Made by a program: the position numbers and the translations under genes. This document shows, piece after piece, positions 35,819 to 44,885 of a stretch of DNA of 64,000 bases. Source of the DNA: Sulfurimonadaceae bacterium (GTDB lineage Bacteria > Campylobacterota > Campylobacteria > Campylobacterales > Sulfurimonadaceae); NCBI GenBank assembly GCA_041571435.1, contig JBFFUI010000003.1, forward strand, positions 32,001 through 96,000, in the 5' to 3' direction. Within the stretch, counting starts at the first letter, position 1; every line of letters starts with the position of its first letter. Under the pieces are notes generated by a model, which did not search any database, was not told where the DNA came from, and was given only the letters and a program-made list of their open reading frames with translations.

Positions 35819-37495
35819 TTACTTTGTAAACCCAAGCTGCAGATGTGGGTGTCGACTTCCCTCAATACCACTATCTATAGTCGTTGAACCTGGTGTCATT
35901 GCACCCGTGTTTGAAATAACACCATTACCACCGTAATAAACTAAAATATCATTAGCTGATGTACCTGGATACATTTGTACCGTCAAGTTCTTAGTTGGAT
36001 CATATGTAAAGCCTGATACCGGAACAGTGACCCAATCGCCCGCCTTAGTGCCTGCCGGAATTGTAATATCACCGGTGTAAACTACCGTTGCATCATCCAT
36101 GTTGGCTGCCAGCGTAGCATCAAGATCTGTCAGTGTCGTATGGCCTATTGTAATATTTGCATCGGTATATGTAACGTCAGCCGCAATATCCTGAGCTACC
36201 CTAAAGCCTATACTATTTAAAGTAGCACCTGTACCAAAGACCTGAGAACCATAGATAGCTATTGCCCCTGTACCACCACTGTTTAAAGGCACTCCATATG
36301 CAGCCAAATTCGTCTCAACGACACTCATCGGCGCACCGTTGAAACGGAATTTTGTATCATATGCAGTGGTACTTGCAGCCGTTGCAGTACCGTCTGTTCC
36401 AGTCAATCTGACAACACCTTCCGCAGTACTTCTAGTCAATGTTGTACTCGCTGTTGCAGCTGTTACATTAATGTCCACGATAAGGTTGTCCGTTCCATTG
36501 TAATTAAAGCTTCCGCTCAAAGGCACCCAGAACCAGTCTCCTACTGCCAAATTGGCTGGAACAGTAAAGGTTACGTTGTTCTCCATGACAGTTGGTGTTG
36601 CACTGTAGCTATCTTCGAACAAAGTTCCACTCGTAAATTCGGTTAGTGCAGTATGTCCCATTTTTACCGTTGCCGAATAAGTTGCTTCCGCTGTCACAGC
36701 ACCAACCTGAAATGCGACTCCAGTTAAAGGGCCTGAACCATTGACATCGCTCGCCTTATAAAGCATCTGTGCCCTCGGTAATGAAGTGGAAAATGGCCAT
36801 GTATTACCTGTAGTTCCTGCATAATCAATTGTATTGACGCCGCCTGCAAAGGTAAAGTCCATATCATTTCGCCATGCGAAAGTAATTCCTGTCCCGGTAT
36901 TTCCAAATTCATATACCAGTGAAACTGGTGCCACATATTCACCCAGATCTTCAAAAGTACCGTCACATGCAGCTACCCGATCAAACCCCACAACAAGATT
37001 ATCCATACCGTTATAATTAAACGGTGTATCGAGTTTTATTGTAAACTTATCACCTGCAGAACCTGCAGGGACTGTGAGAGACCCACCAGCCCTTACTATT
37101 TCATTCGTTCCGGCACCTTGTTCAACGTTATCTGCAAATGTTGCCGTCAAATCCGTCAGGGTAGTGTGACCCATTTTGATCGTCATATCTGGACAGATTA
37201 CATCTGCAACCAAATCACTTCTATAAGTAAAACTGATTTCATTAATATATCCAGACCCTTCTATCTCCGACGATGGATATAATACTTGTACGTGCATATC
37301 AGCAGTAGGAACAAAAGTCACTCCAGTATACATATTCGCTGCTGGTATAGTTGAAGATTTTATAAATCCGCCAGTTGCTAGTGTACTACCACCGCCACTA
37401 CCACCGCCGCTGCTGCTGTCACTGCTACATGCTGTCATTGCGACTACCGCCGCGATCGACGCCAGTACTGCCGTTGTCTTTTTGATCATTTTCAT
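35819..37495 (-). CDS. Large lipoprotein with three tandem ~170-aa beta-rich domains
   Basis: Lipobox AMTA-C and Ser/Gly linker. Three repeats of (K/T)(M/I)GHT.LT..., T(V/I)PA...GD and F.Y....NL.V. Codon usage differs from neighbours. ATG 37495 with AAGGAG. Confidence 0.8.
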   Translation of the reverse strand: MKMIKKTTAVLASIAAVVAMTACSSDSSSGGGSGGGSTLATGGFIKSSTIPAANMYTGVTFVPTADMHVQVLYPSSEIEGSGYINEISFTYRSDLVADVICPDMTIKMGHTTLTDLTATFADNVEQGAGTNEIVRAGGSLTVPAGSAGDKFTIKLDTPFNYNGMDNLVVGFDRVAACDGTFEDLGEYVAPVSLVYEFGNTGTGITFAWRNDMDFTFAGGVNTIDYAGTTGNTWPFSTSLPRAQMLYKASDVNGSGPLTGVAFQVGAVTAEATYSATVKMGHTALTEFTSGTLFEDSYSATPTVMENNVTFTVPANLAVGDWFWVPLSGSFNYNGTDNLIVDINVTAATASTTLTRSTAEGVVRLTGTDGTATAASTTAYDTKFRFNGAPMSVVETNLAAYGVPLNSGGTGAIAIYGSQVFGTGATLNSIGFRVAQDIAADVTYTDANITIGHTTLTDLDATLAANMDDATVVYTGDITIPAGTKAGDWVTVPVSGFTYDPTKNLTVQMYPGTSANDILVYYGGNGVISNTGAMTPGSTTIDSGIEGSRHPHLQLGFTK

Positions 37496-37711
37496 CTGTA
37501 CTCCCTTGTACATAAATATAAGGGAAACGAATCCCTCTTGCAACCATTATATTCCTAGTAAATGAAAAGTAAACTGAAATCTTATGAATATTAAAAAACA
37601 TATGATGTTAAAATACCATAGAGACAATGGATTTATGACGTAACAAGTTATATTTTTACCAACATGTATTTCTTTAAAAACAATCACAGATCTTGATGTA
37701 TAATATGCCCT

Positions 37712-38473
37712 ATGTACGCTATTGAAAGTCAGCAACTTAAAGCTTATCCGCAGCTCGCACACACCTTTACAACCCGTCACGGCGGCATTTCCAAACTGCC
37801 ATACGAGAGTAACAACCTTGCTTTTCATGTCGGTGACGATGCCGAGACCGTCATCCAGAACCACAAGCGACTAGCCCAAGAGATGGGCTATGACTACACC
37901 AATCTCGTCCACATGCGCCAGGTCCACTCGGACAACGTCGTCATCGTCGACCCCGAACTCCATGACTTCGAGCATCCGCCGGAGTGTGATGCCCTCATCA
38001 CCGACAAGCCCGGCATCCCCCTGATGGTCATGACTGCCGACTGTACGCCGGTCCTTTTTTTTGATCCGGTCCAAAACGTCATCGCCGTCGCCCATGCCGG
38101 ACGTGCCGGCGCCATCATGGGGATCGTACCGAAAACTATAGAGAAAATGTGTACTCACTACAAAAGCCGAAAGGATGATATAGTTGTCGTTCTCGGTCCC
38201 TCAATAGGCGGATGCTGTTATGAAGTCGGTGAAACGATTGGCAAAGAGATACTGGAGAGTCCCAACGCTTTTGCCGTCATACAGAGAGATGAAAAATACT
38301 TTTTAGAAGTCAACGCCATTATCCACATGCAGCTTGAAGATATCGGCATCTTGCAATCGCACATCGACGACCTGAACATCTGCAACGCCTGCGAAAACGA
38401 GACCTATTTTTCCTACCGGGCAGACAGGCAAAAGACCGGGCGTATCGCCGGGGTTATAATGCTGAAAACGTAA
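37712..38473 (+). CDS. pgeF: Peptidoglycan editing factor / purine nucleoside phosphorylase PgeF (YfiH)
   Basis: FTTRHGG, NLAFHVGD, QVHS, DALIT, TADCTPV, AHAG, GPSIGGCCYEVG and FSYR motifs. Confidence 0.93.
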   Translation: MYAIESQQLKAYPQLAHTFTTRHGGISKLPYESNNLAFHVGDDAETVIQNHKRLAQEMGYDYTNLVHMRQVHSDNVVIVDPELHDFEHPPECDALITDKPGIPLMVMTADCTPVLFFDPVQNVIAVAHAGRAGAIMGIVPKTIEKMCTHYKSRKDDIVVVLGPSIGGCCYEVGETIGKEILESPNAFAVIQRDEKYFLEVNAIIHMQLEDIGILQSHIDDLNICNACENETYFSYRADRQKTGRIAGVIMLKT

Positions 38474-38560
38474 AATCAAAAGTGTAGCTTTTACATCAAA
38501 TCAATACGTTACTTTATAGTCAGTCTCAAACTTTCCTAAATTACTTTATAGCACTAGTAT

Positions 38561-38730
38561 TCAACTTTTTTTCTCTGCTCGTACAGAGAAAAAACCTTGA
38601 GGAAAAAAAGAGAGTACGATACCCTTTGGCCACTATTCACTTTTTTTAAAGTATTAATTCAATACCTCCGTGCATTTTGGCACTACTGCCAAAATTAATG
38701 TCCTCACGTAGCGATGTATCACTCTTTTGA
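38561..38730. other. Multi-hairpin intergenic element
   Basis: TTTTTTCTCTG/CAGAGAAAAAA, GATAC/GTATC outer stem, GTATT/AATAC and ATTTTGGCA/TGCCAAAAT. Confidence 0.55.
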
Positions 38731-38843
38731 CTTCTCCAACTGGCTGAACAGAAGTTCCTTTAACTCAATGCGACACAATGCACTGACTACTACCAGACAG
38801 TACAATAGGGATAAAAGCGTTAGCTTTTACGTTCATCAATGCG

Positions 38844-39049
38844 TCACCGCTTGACTCTTTTCGTGGCATCTGCAGAGCTGACTGAAGTGAGCGGAGTTCC
38901 GTTAAGAAAACGGCACTGTCTGAGTGTAGCGAGTTTGTCGTTTTTAGGAACGCCGAGAATGTAAGGAGGGGACCCGGCAGCTCGCCGGGCTCGAAGCCGC
39001 CACGAGAGCTTTTTCGTTTCCTTTTTGGCGGAACAAAAAGGAAAGAGAG
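38844..39049 (+). repeat. ~200-bp structured intergenic repeat, copy B
   Basis: Homologous to 29265-29464. Stems TCGTGGC/GCCACGA, CCCGGC/GCCGGG and TTTCCTTTTTG/CAAAAAGGAAA. Confidence 0.8.
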
Positions 39050-39090
39050 GCAAGATAGAACTTTAATTGAGTCAAAAAACTTTTGAAGGA

Positions 39091-40911
39091 TTACAGCTCT
39101 GCTTTTACTCTCCCCACAAGCTTCTCCGGACTCAACCCAAGCGAAGCTTCGACCAGCTTTGTATTACCGTGCGTGATGAACGCATCGTCGTACTCGAAAC
39201 TGGTCAGTTCGATGTTGTTGATCTTTGCATCGGCCAGGAACTCGAGGATCGCCGAACCGACACCGCCCATCTTGGCACTGTCACTGAAGACGAACCATTT
39301 CGTATGCTTTTCTGCCAGCGCTTTTAACATCGCTGTATCGAGCGGTTTGACAAAACGCAGGTCCAAAAGCGCCGCATCTTCGTCCATCAACGCTGCGGTC
39401 TGAGCCGCACGTCCGACACCGTTGCCGTAACCGATAAAGAGGATGTCGCCTTCGCTTTCGGCCAGAAGCTGCGCCTTCCCCTCTTCAAAAGGTACGGCCT
39501 CCGGAAGGTCTGCCTCCAGAAATGCCCCCCTCGGGTAGCGCAGCGAAAGCGGGTGGTCATACCGGCTCGCAAACTCTATGGCATGATGGAACGACTTCTC
39601 ATCCCTCGGCGCACAGAGACGCATGTTCGGAATGGCGCGCATGAAGCTGACGTCGAATGCCCCCTGGTGCGTCTCGCCATCCTCACCGACCGTTCCTGCC
39701 CTGTCCATCGCAAAGACAACCGGCAGATCCATCAGACAGACATCGTGGATCACCTGGTCGTAGCCGCGCTGCATAAAGGTCGAATAGATGGTACAAAAAG
39801 GCTTGAACCCTTCGGCAGCCAGCGCCCCCATCGAGGTCACCGCATGCTGCTCGGCAATAGCGGCATCCCAAAAACGGTCAGGGTACTTCTCAAGCAGTGG
39901 CGTCAAGCCGGTACCGCCCGGCATCGCGGCCGTGACACCGACCACTTTGTCGTTCTTTTCGCAAAGCTCCAGCATCGCTTCGGTGTAGATCTGCGTTGCT
40001 GCTTTGGCACCGCTTTTAGGTGCAGCCGAACCGCTTTCACGGTCAAACGGGCCGACCCCGTGCCACTTTTCATGCTGGCCTTCGGCGATCTTGTACCCTT
40101 TGCCCTTTACGGTCTGTGCATGGATGATCACCGGTTTTTTAAGCGCTTTGGCCTTCTCGAAGGTCTCGATAAGAATCTCGAGGTTATGACCGTCTACGGG
40201 GCCGATGTACTCGATGCCCAGCTCTTCAAACAAGATACCCGGGGTGATCAGCTTGAAGGACTCTTCAAAACGTTTGGCAAGATAATGTGCACCCTCGCCG
40301 AAATTGTCGACAAACGACTCGGTACGCCGTTTGAACTTCTGGTAAAACGGGCTTGCCATCGTCGAGGTCAGGATACGTGACAGCGCCCCGATCGGTTTGG
40401 CGATACTCATCTCATTGTCATTGAGGATGATCACCATCGGGTATTTACGGTCACCCAGCTCGTTCATAGCCTCAAAGGCCATCCCCGCCGTGATGGAGCC
40501 GTCACCGATCATCGCTACCGGGACACGGCTCTCCTGTTCCCCTTTGAGTGCGATCGCCTTGGCCGCACCGACACCCAGAGAGATAGAGGTCGAACTGTGC
40601 CCGGCGACAAAGAAATCATCTTCCGACTCGGAAGGTTTTGTGTAACCGCAGATCCCCTCGAACTGACGGAGTGTACTGAACGCATCCCATCGGTCTGTGA
40701 TCAGTTTATGCGCATACGCCTGGTGCGAGACGTCAAAGATAAACGGGTCTTTTTTAGAGTCGAAGACCTTATGCATCGCGACGATCAGTTCGGTAGCGCC
40801 CAGTGTCGAACTGAGGTGTCCGCCGTTGACACTGACCACCTCCAGGATACGTTCACGGATATCACCACAAAGTTTTTGTAATTCATCTAATGAATATGAT
40901 GATATGTCCAT
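39091..40911 (-). CDS. dxs: 1-deoxy-D-xylulose-5-phosphate synthase
   Basis: GGHLSSTLG, DVSHQAYAHK, GHSSTSIS, GDGS...NDNEMSI, AIAEQHAV, DGETHQG and RYPRG motifs. ATG 40911 preferred. Confidence 0.98.
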   Translation of the reverse strand: MDISSYSLDELQKLCGDIRERILEVVSVNGGHLSSTLGATELIVAMHKVFDSKKDPFIFDVSHQAYAHKLITDRWDAFSTLRQFEGICGYTKPSESEDDFFVAGHSSTSISLGVGAAKAIALKGEQESRVPVAMIGDGSITAGMAFEAMNELGDRKYPMVIILNDNEMSIAKPIGALSRILTSTMASPFYQKFKRRTESFVDNFGEGAHYLAKRFEESFKLITPGILFEELGIEYIGPVDGHNLEILIETFEKAKALKKPVIIHAQTVKGKGYKIAEGQHEKWHGVGPFDRESGSAAPKSGAKAATQIYTEAMLELCEKNDKVVGVTAAMPGGTGLTPLLEKYPDRFWDAAIAEQHAVTSMGALAAEGFKPFCTIYSTFMQRGYDQVIHDVCLMDLPVVFAMDRAGTVGEDGETHQGAFDVSFMRAIPNMRLCAPRDEKSFHHAIEFASRYDHPLSLRYPRGAFLEADLPEAVPFEEGKAQLLAESEGDILFIGYGNGVGRAAQTAALMDEDAALLDLRFVKPLDTAMLKALAEKHTKWFVFSDSAKMGGVGSAILEFLADAKINNIELTSFEYDDAFITHGNTKLVEASLGLSPEKLVGRVKAEL

Positions 40912-40979
40912 GTTTACCTCATTACTTGGGAGCGCTGCAGTGACCCTGTTCAAGCGAAACAGGGTTACGGATCTCCGTC

Positions 40980-41918
40980 TTATATAGCGCGAATTCTACC
41001 ATCATCTCTTAGTTGTTCTGCTAAGAGATAAAGATTTTTCACAGCATTCTGGCTTTTTGTCAGATCAGAACCGGACAGTGATGCCATCACTTTTTTAAAT
41101 TCGCCCGATGCCTTTGACGACATATTAGCAAAGAACTTCTCCTGCAACTCTTGTGTGACAGCCCTGAGTGCGAACATAAGTTCTTTTTTATTTACATGGC
41201 GCAAAATCTCTTGTATCTCTCTGTTGCTTAACTGTTGCAAAGCGGTACACTCTTTTTGCAGCAGGAAAAACTCTTTATACAAGGCTCTTTCCAGGCGCAT
41301 CAACGCCCCATGCGAAACAGGTTTACTCTGCTCAAGACGCGAAATCAGAATTTTCCGCTGGCCGGCACGCATCTCTCTTAAAATATCCAACGCTTTTTTT
41401 GGGTCCAGCATCAACACTGTAACGGCCGCGATTTGAGGGTGCTGCTGATTGAGGTACCGCACAGCCTTGTCAACAGCAAACGCTTCGATCAAGACATAGC
41501 CGTCCCTGATTTTCAGAGGCGTAATGATTAATTTATCTCTGGCCTTTTCCAACTGCACGCCAACTGCTTCAGGGCTGCTTGGCGGTCTGTTAACCACAGG
41601 TATCTCGACTTTTGCTTCCGGGGTCGTATCAATCTTCAGCATCTTCTCTTGCGCTAACGGACGCGCCGTCTCATGCAATGGATCATGTTCGAAAAAAGAG
41701 TAGAAGATGAAGGTCATAGCACCTATAATCAGCACTAACATAAGGTAGATGGTATAGATTGCGACGTCTACGAACATGTCGGGGAGAGCCGTCGCTTGTG
41801 ACAGCATAGAAGTACCGTAGAGAAGCAGTACAAGCGCACCGAAAAGAAGTGCCAGCAAGAGCTTAGAGCGTCGTAGCAAGCGCTGTTTAACATGCTGTGC
41901 CAACGCTTCAATCTTCAC
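40980..41918 (-). CDS. Two-TM protein with FliG middle/C-terminal-like domains (probable reduced FliF-FliG fusion)
   Basis: QQHPQIAAV..LDPKKA (FliG EHPQ) and LSNREIQEILRHV.KKEL.FALR...ELQEKFFANMS (FliG-C); occupies the hisC-dxs slot. Confidence 0.7.
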   Translation of the reverse strand: MKIEALAQHVKQRLLRRSKLLLALLFGALVLLLYGTSMLSQATALPDMFVDVAIYTIYLMLVLIIGAMTFIFYSFFEHDPLHETARPLAQEKMLKIDTTPEAKVEIPVVNRPPSSPEAVGVQLEKARDKLIITPLKIRDGYVLIEAFAVDKAVRYLNQQHPQIAAVTVLMLDPKKALDILREMRAGQRKILISRLEQSKPVSHGALMRLERALYKEFFLLQKECTALQQLSNREIQEILRHVNKKELMFALRAVTQELQEKFFANMSSKASGEFKKVMASLSGSDLTKSQNAVKNLYLLAEQLRDDGRIRAI

Positions 41919-41935
41919 AGGTCGCGGCTCACATG

Positions 41936-43030
41936 TCAGAGCAGGGAGTCAGCCAGCTCGAAAAAACGGCCGTTTTGCGAAGGTGTACCGATGGTGACAC
42001 GGATAGCATTCAGACCGTATCCTTTGAGATCGCGTACGATCATCCCGCGTTCCAACAGCGCTTGCGCTAGTTCGGAAGCACTTCTTTCGGCATCGAACAC
42101 CAAGGTGACAAAGTTCGTGAAACTTTCGATCACCTGCAGATTGTGTTTTGCCGCAAAACCATTGTAGCGTCCCATCTCCTCAAAGTTTTTGGCGATGCAC
42201 TCCTGCACGAAAGGCTCGTCGTCAAGAGCGACCGTTGCCGCCTCTAACGTCAATGTCGTGATGTTGAACGGCGGACGAAGTTTGTAAAACGCCTTGATGA
42301 TGTCAGCACGGGCGATGCCGTAACCGACACGCATACCGCCCAGTCCGTACGCCTTGGAGAATGTCCCCAGATAAACGACATTGTCATAAGCATCGACAAG
42401 CTCTTTCGGCGTTACCGACTTGCTCGCATCTTTATAACGGGTATACTCCATATAAGCACCGTCGACCACTACAAGGGTTTCGGAATCGATCTTGTCTAAA
42501 AACGCTTTCAGTGCATTCGCATCGATAGCATCGCCGGTCGGATTGTTTGGTGTACAGATAAAGATGATCTCGGGTCTGTGCTCCAAATAGAGTGCGTAGA
42601 ACTCTTCAAGATCATGTTCTCTCGATGTTGTACGCACGATCTCCGCGCCCACCAGTTTGGCATAGATCTCATACATCGCAAACGTGATGGAGTTCATCAG
42701 GACCTTGGAGCCTTTTGATGCTTTGGCATGGATGGCAAATTCGATCACCTGATCACTTCCCGCACCGATGATCAGTTCATTTTCGGCAACGTCATACTTC
42801 TTCGACAGCGCCGCTTTCAGGTTCATCATCGAATCATCCGGATACAGGGCCATGTTGCCGATGATCTTGCTGACCGCCGCCTGTACCTTCGGTGAACAGC
42901 CGTATGGGTTCTCATTGCTTGCCAGCTTGACAACATCTTTGCTCTCTATACCAAAATCGCGAACCACAAGCTCTATCGGCTTGCCCGCTTCATAACTGAC
43001 GATATCGTCTAAAACCGGATTAAACTTCAT
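41936..43030 (-). CDS. hisC: Histidinol-phosphate aminotransferase
   Basis: KLASNENP, GAGSDQVI, PNNPTG, DGAY and TFSKAYGLGGMRVGY motifs. Confidence 0.97.
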   Translation of the reverse strand: MKFNPVLDDIVSYEAGKPIELVVRDFGIESKDVVKLASNENPYGCSPKVQAAVSKIIGNMALYPDDSMMNLKAALSKKYDVAENELIIGAGSDQVIEFAIHAKASKGSKVLMNSITFAMYEIYAKLVGAEIVRTTSREHDLEEFYALYLEHRPEIIFICTPNNPTGDAIDANALKAFLDKIDSETLVVVDGAYMEYTRYKDASKSVTPKELVDAYDNVVYLGTFSKAYGLGGMRVGYGIARADIIKAFYKLRPPFNITTLTLEAATVALDDEPFVQECIAKNFEEMGRYNGFAAKHNLQVIESFTNFVTLVFDAERSASELAQALLERGMIVRDLKGYGLNAIRVTIGTPSQNGRFFELADSLL

Positions 43031-44109
43031 AACTCCCCTCTTACATAACTGCCTAAGCAGGTGATCTCTTCTTTGTGGTCTTGCACGACCGATTGGATGT
43101 TCGCATCGTCAATATGCCCGTAGATATCCATAAAGAACCAGTAGGCAAATCCGCTCTCATCGTGGGCAGGACGTGACTCGATCTTGCTCATGTTGATCTT
43201 GGCCTTCTCAAAATCACTCAAGAAGTTGACCAGTGCACCCGATTTATCCGCATCTTTCAGGCGGACAAAAAGTGATGTCTTGTCTTCGCCGCTCTGCGCA
43301 TTTCGGAAGTCGCTCAGAATAAAAAAGCGCGTGGTGTTGTCGTGCACATCTTCGATATTCTCAAACATCGTCGGTACCCCATAGAGCTTCGCGGCGATAT
43401 GACTGCATATCGCTGCCGCTTGTGGGTCTTCCGACGCCAGGATCGCTGCTTTGGCGGTTGACTCGACCGGAATCTGTTCAATGTGCAGCAGTTCATGCAG
43501 CTGTAAAAACTCACGGCACTGGCCAAAACCCTTGTCTTTTGAGTAGATCCGTTTGATGTCCTTAAAGTGCTCCGCCTTGGTAGCGAAGGCCATATGGATC
43601 GGCATATAAAGCTCCGCCACGATCTTGATCGGGCTCTTTGCAAGCAGGTCAAGCGTCTCGCCGACAATACCGTCGCGTGAGTTCTCTATAGGAACGACAC
43701 CGAATTTTGCACGGCCCGACTCGACAGTTTTGAAAACAGAGTGGATCGAGCCGACGGAGAGATAGTCACTCATCGCACCGAAACGCGACTCTGCCGCCTG
43801 GTGGGTAAAGCTTCCTTCCGGACCAAGATAAGCGATACGTTCCGGCAGCTCAAGGTTGCGCGAGACGGCGAAAATCTCAAGATAGAGCGCTTCAATGGCC
43901 GCATGGTTAAGAAGACCGCCGTCTGCTTTGGATTTAGCACTGAGACGTTCGATGATCGCTTTTTCACGCTCCGGACGGTAGATGGCACCGCCTGTCTCGT
44001 GTTTGATCTCACCGACACGTTCAACAACACGCATACGTTCATTCAGCAGATCAAGCAGCGCTTCGTCAATACGGTCGATCTCTCTGCGACAATCGTCTAA
44101 TGTTTTCAT
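43027..44109 (-). CDS. pheA: Chorismate mutase / prephenate dehydratase
   Basis: RREIDRID, YLGPEGSFT, VPIENS, NTTRF and KIESRP motifs. Confidence 0.97.
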   Translation of the reverse strand: MKTLDDCRREIDRIDEALLDLLNERMRVVERVGEIKHETGGAIYRPEREKAIIERLSAKSKADGGLLNHAAIEALYLEIFAVSRNLELPERIAYLGPEGSFTHQAAESRFGAMSDYLSVGSIHSVFKTVESGRAKFGVVPIENSRDGIVGETLDLLAKSPIKIVAELYMPIHMAFATKAEHFKDIKRIYSKDKGFGQCREFLQLHELLHIEQIPVESTAKAAILASEDPQAAAICSHIAAKLYGVPTMFENIEDVHDNTTRFFILSDFRNAQSGEDKTSLFVRLKDADKSGALVNFLSDFEKAKINMSKIESRPAHDESGFAYWFFMDIYGHIDDANIQSVVQDHKEEITCLGSYVRGEL

Positions 44110-44884
44110 ATCTTCTCTCCCACTTCCATCATATCGGCACAGATCAACTCTGGTCGCTGTGCCGGTGCTAACATCGGAATGATCTCATCTGCACTCTTGT
44201 ATTTTCCGCTCAGCACGAAGAGCGTCCGCATGCCCAACATTTTCGCACCGACAAGGTCACCGGTGACATCATCACTGATTATGGTGATTTTATCAAAACT
44301 TGCCTCATTTTCTTGCATCTGCAGCTTCTGCAGGGCACTTTCGTAAAAAAGCCGACTCGGTTTGCCCACCACGTCATACTCGGCCGACGTCGCAAAGCTG
44401 AGCATCTTCAAGATAGCACCGACACCCGGATAACGCTTTCCATCTTTGGCGTACAGTGATGTCTCGTGCATTCCGACCAACCGTGCCCCCTGCAGAACAA
44501 ACTCTATCATCTGCGCATACTCTTCGCTGTCAAAATGCTGTTTGATACCGATAATGACTGCTTCTGGGGTTTGAAAGTCAAGTATGTACCCCAAGTTTGC
44601 AAGCTGTTCCAGAAATGTGTCCGATCCGTATACGGCAACCCTGCTACCGATTCCCACCTTTGAGGGCAGCAGCAGTAAGGGGTCCAGGTAATGTGCTTCA
44701 TCGATACCGAACCCGAGTTTATTAAGATAAGTTCTAAACTCTTGCGAGCCCTGTTTTGTGTTGTTTGTGATGATCATGTAGGGAGTTCTATGGGATTGAG
44801 CCGGGCGATGAAGTCAATCGCCCCGCGAATAGGGCGACGATCTCTGTCGTCAATCAATGTCCCTTGAACATCAATAAAGTACAT
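44106..44884 (-). pseudogene. HAD-IIA (NagD-like) hydrolase with a 1-nt frameshift near 44795
   Basis: ATG 44884 gives MYFIDVQGTL...RLNPIELPT*; the rest (PYMIITNN...VVGKPS...ISDD..GDL) is in another frame. The 779-nt span is one short of a codon multiple. Confidence 0.8.
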
Positions 44885-44885
44885 C

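Noticed and set aside
38844-39053. 69-aa minus-strand ORF
   Set aside because: Coincides with the structured repeat; no RBS or protein motif.
40912-40979. Possible fliH 3' remnant (RLNRVTAALPSNE) ahead of dxs
   Set aside because: Too short to support by eye, although the position would fit.
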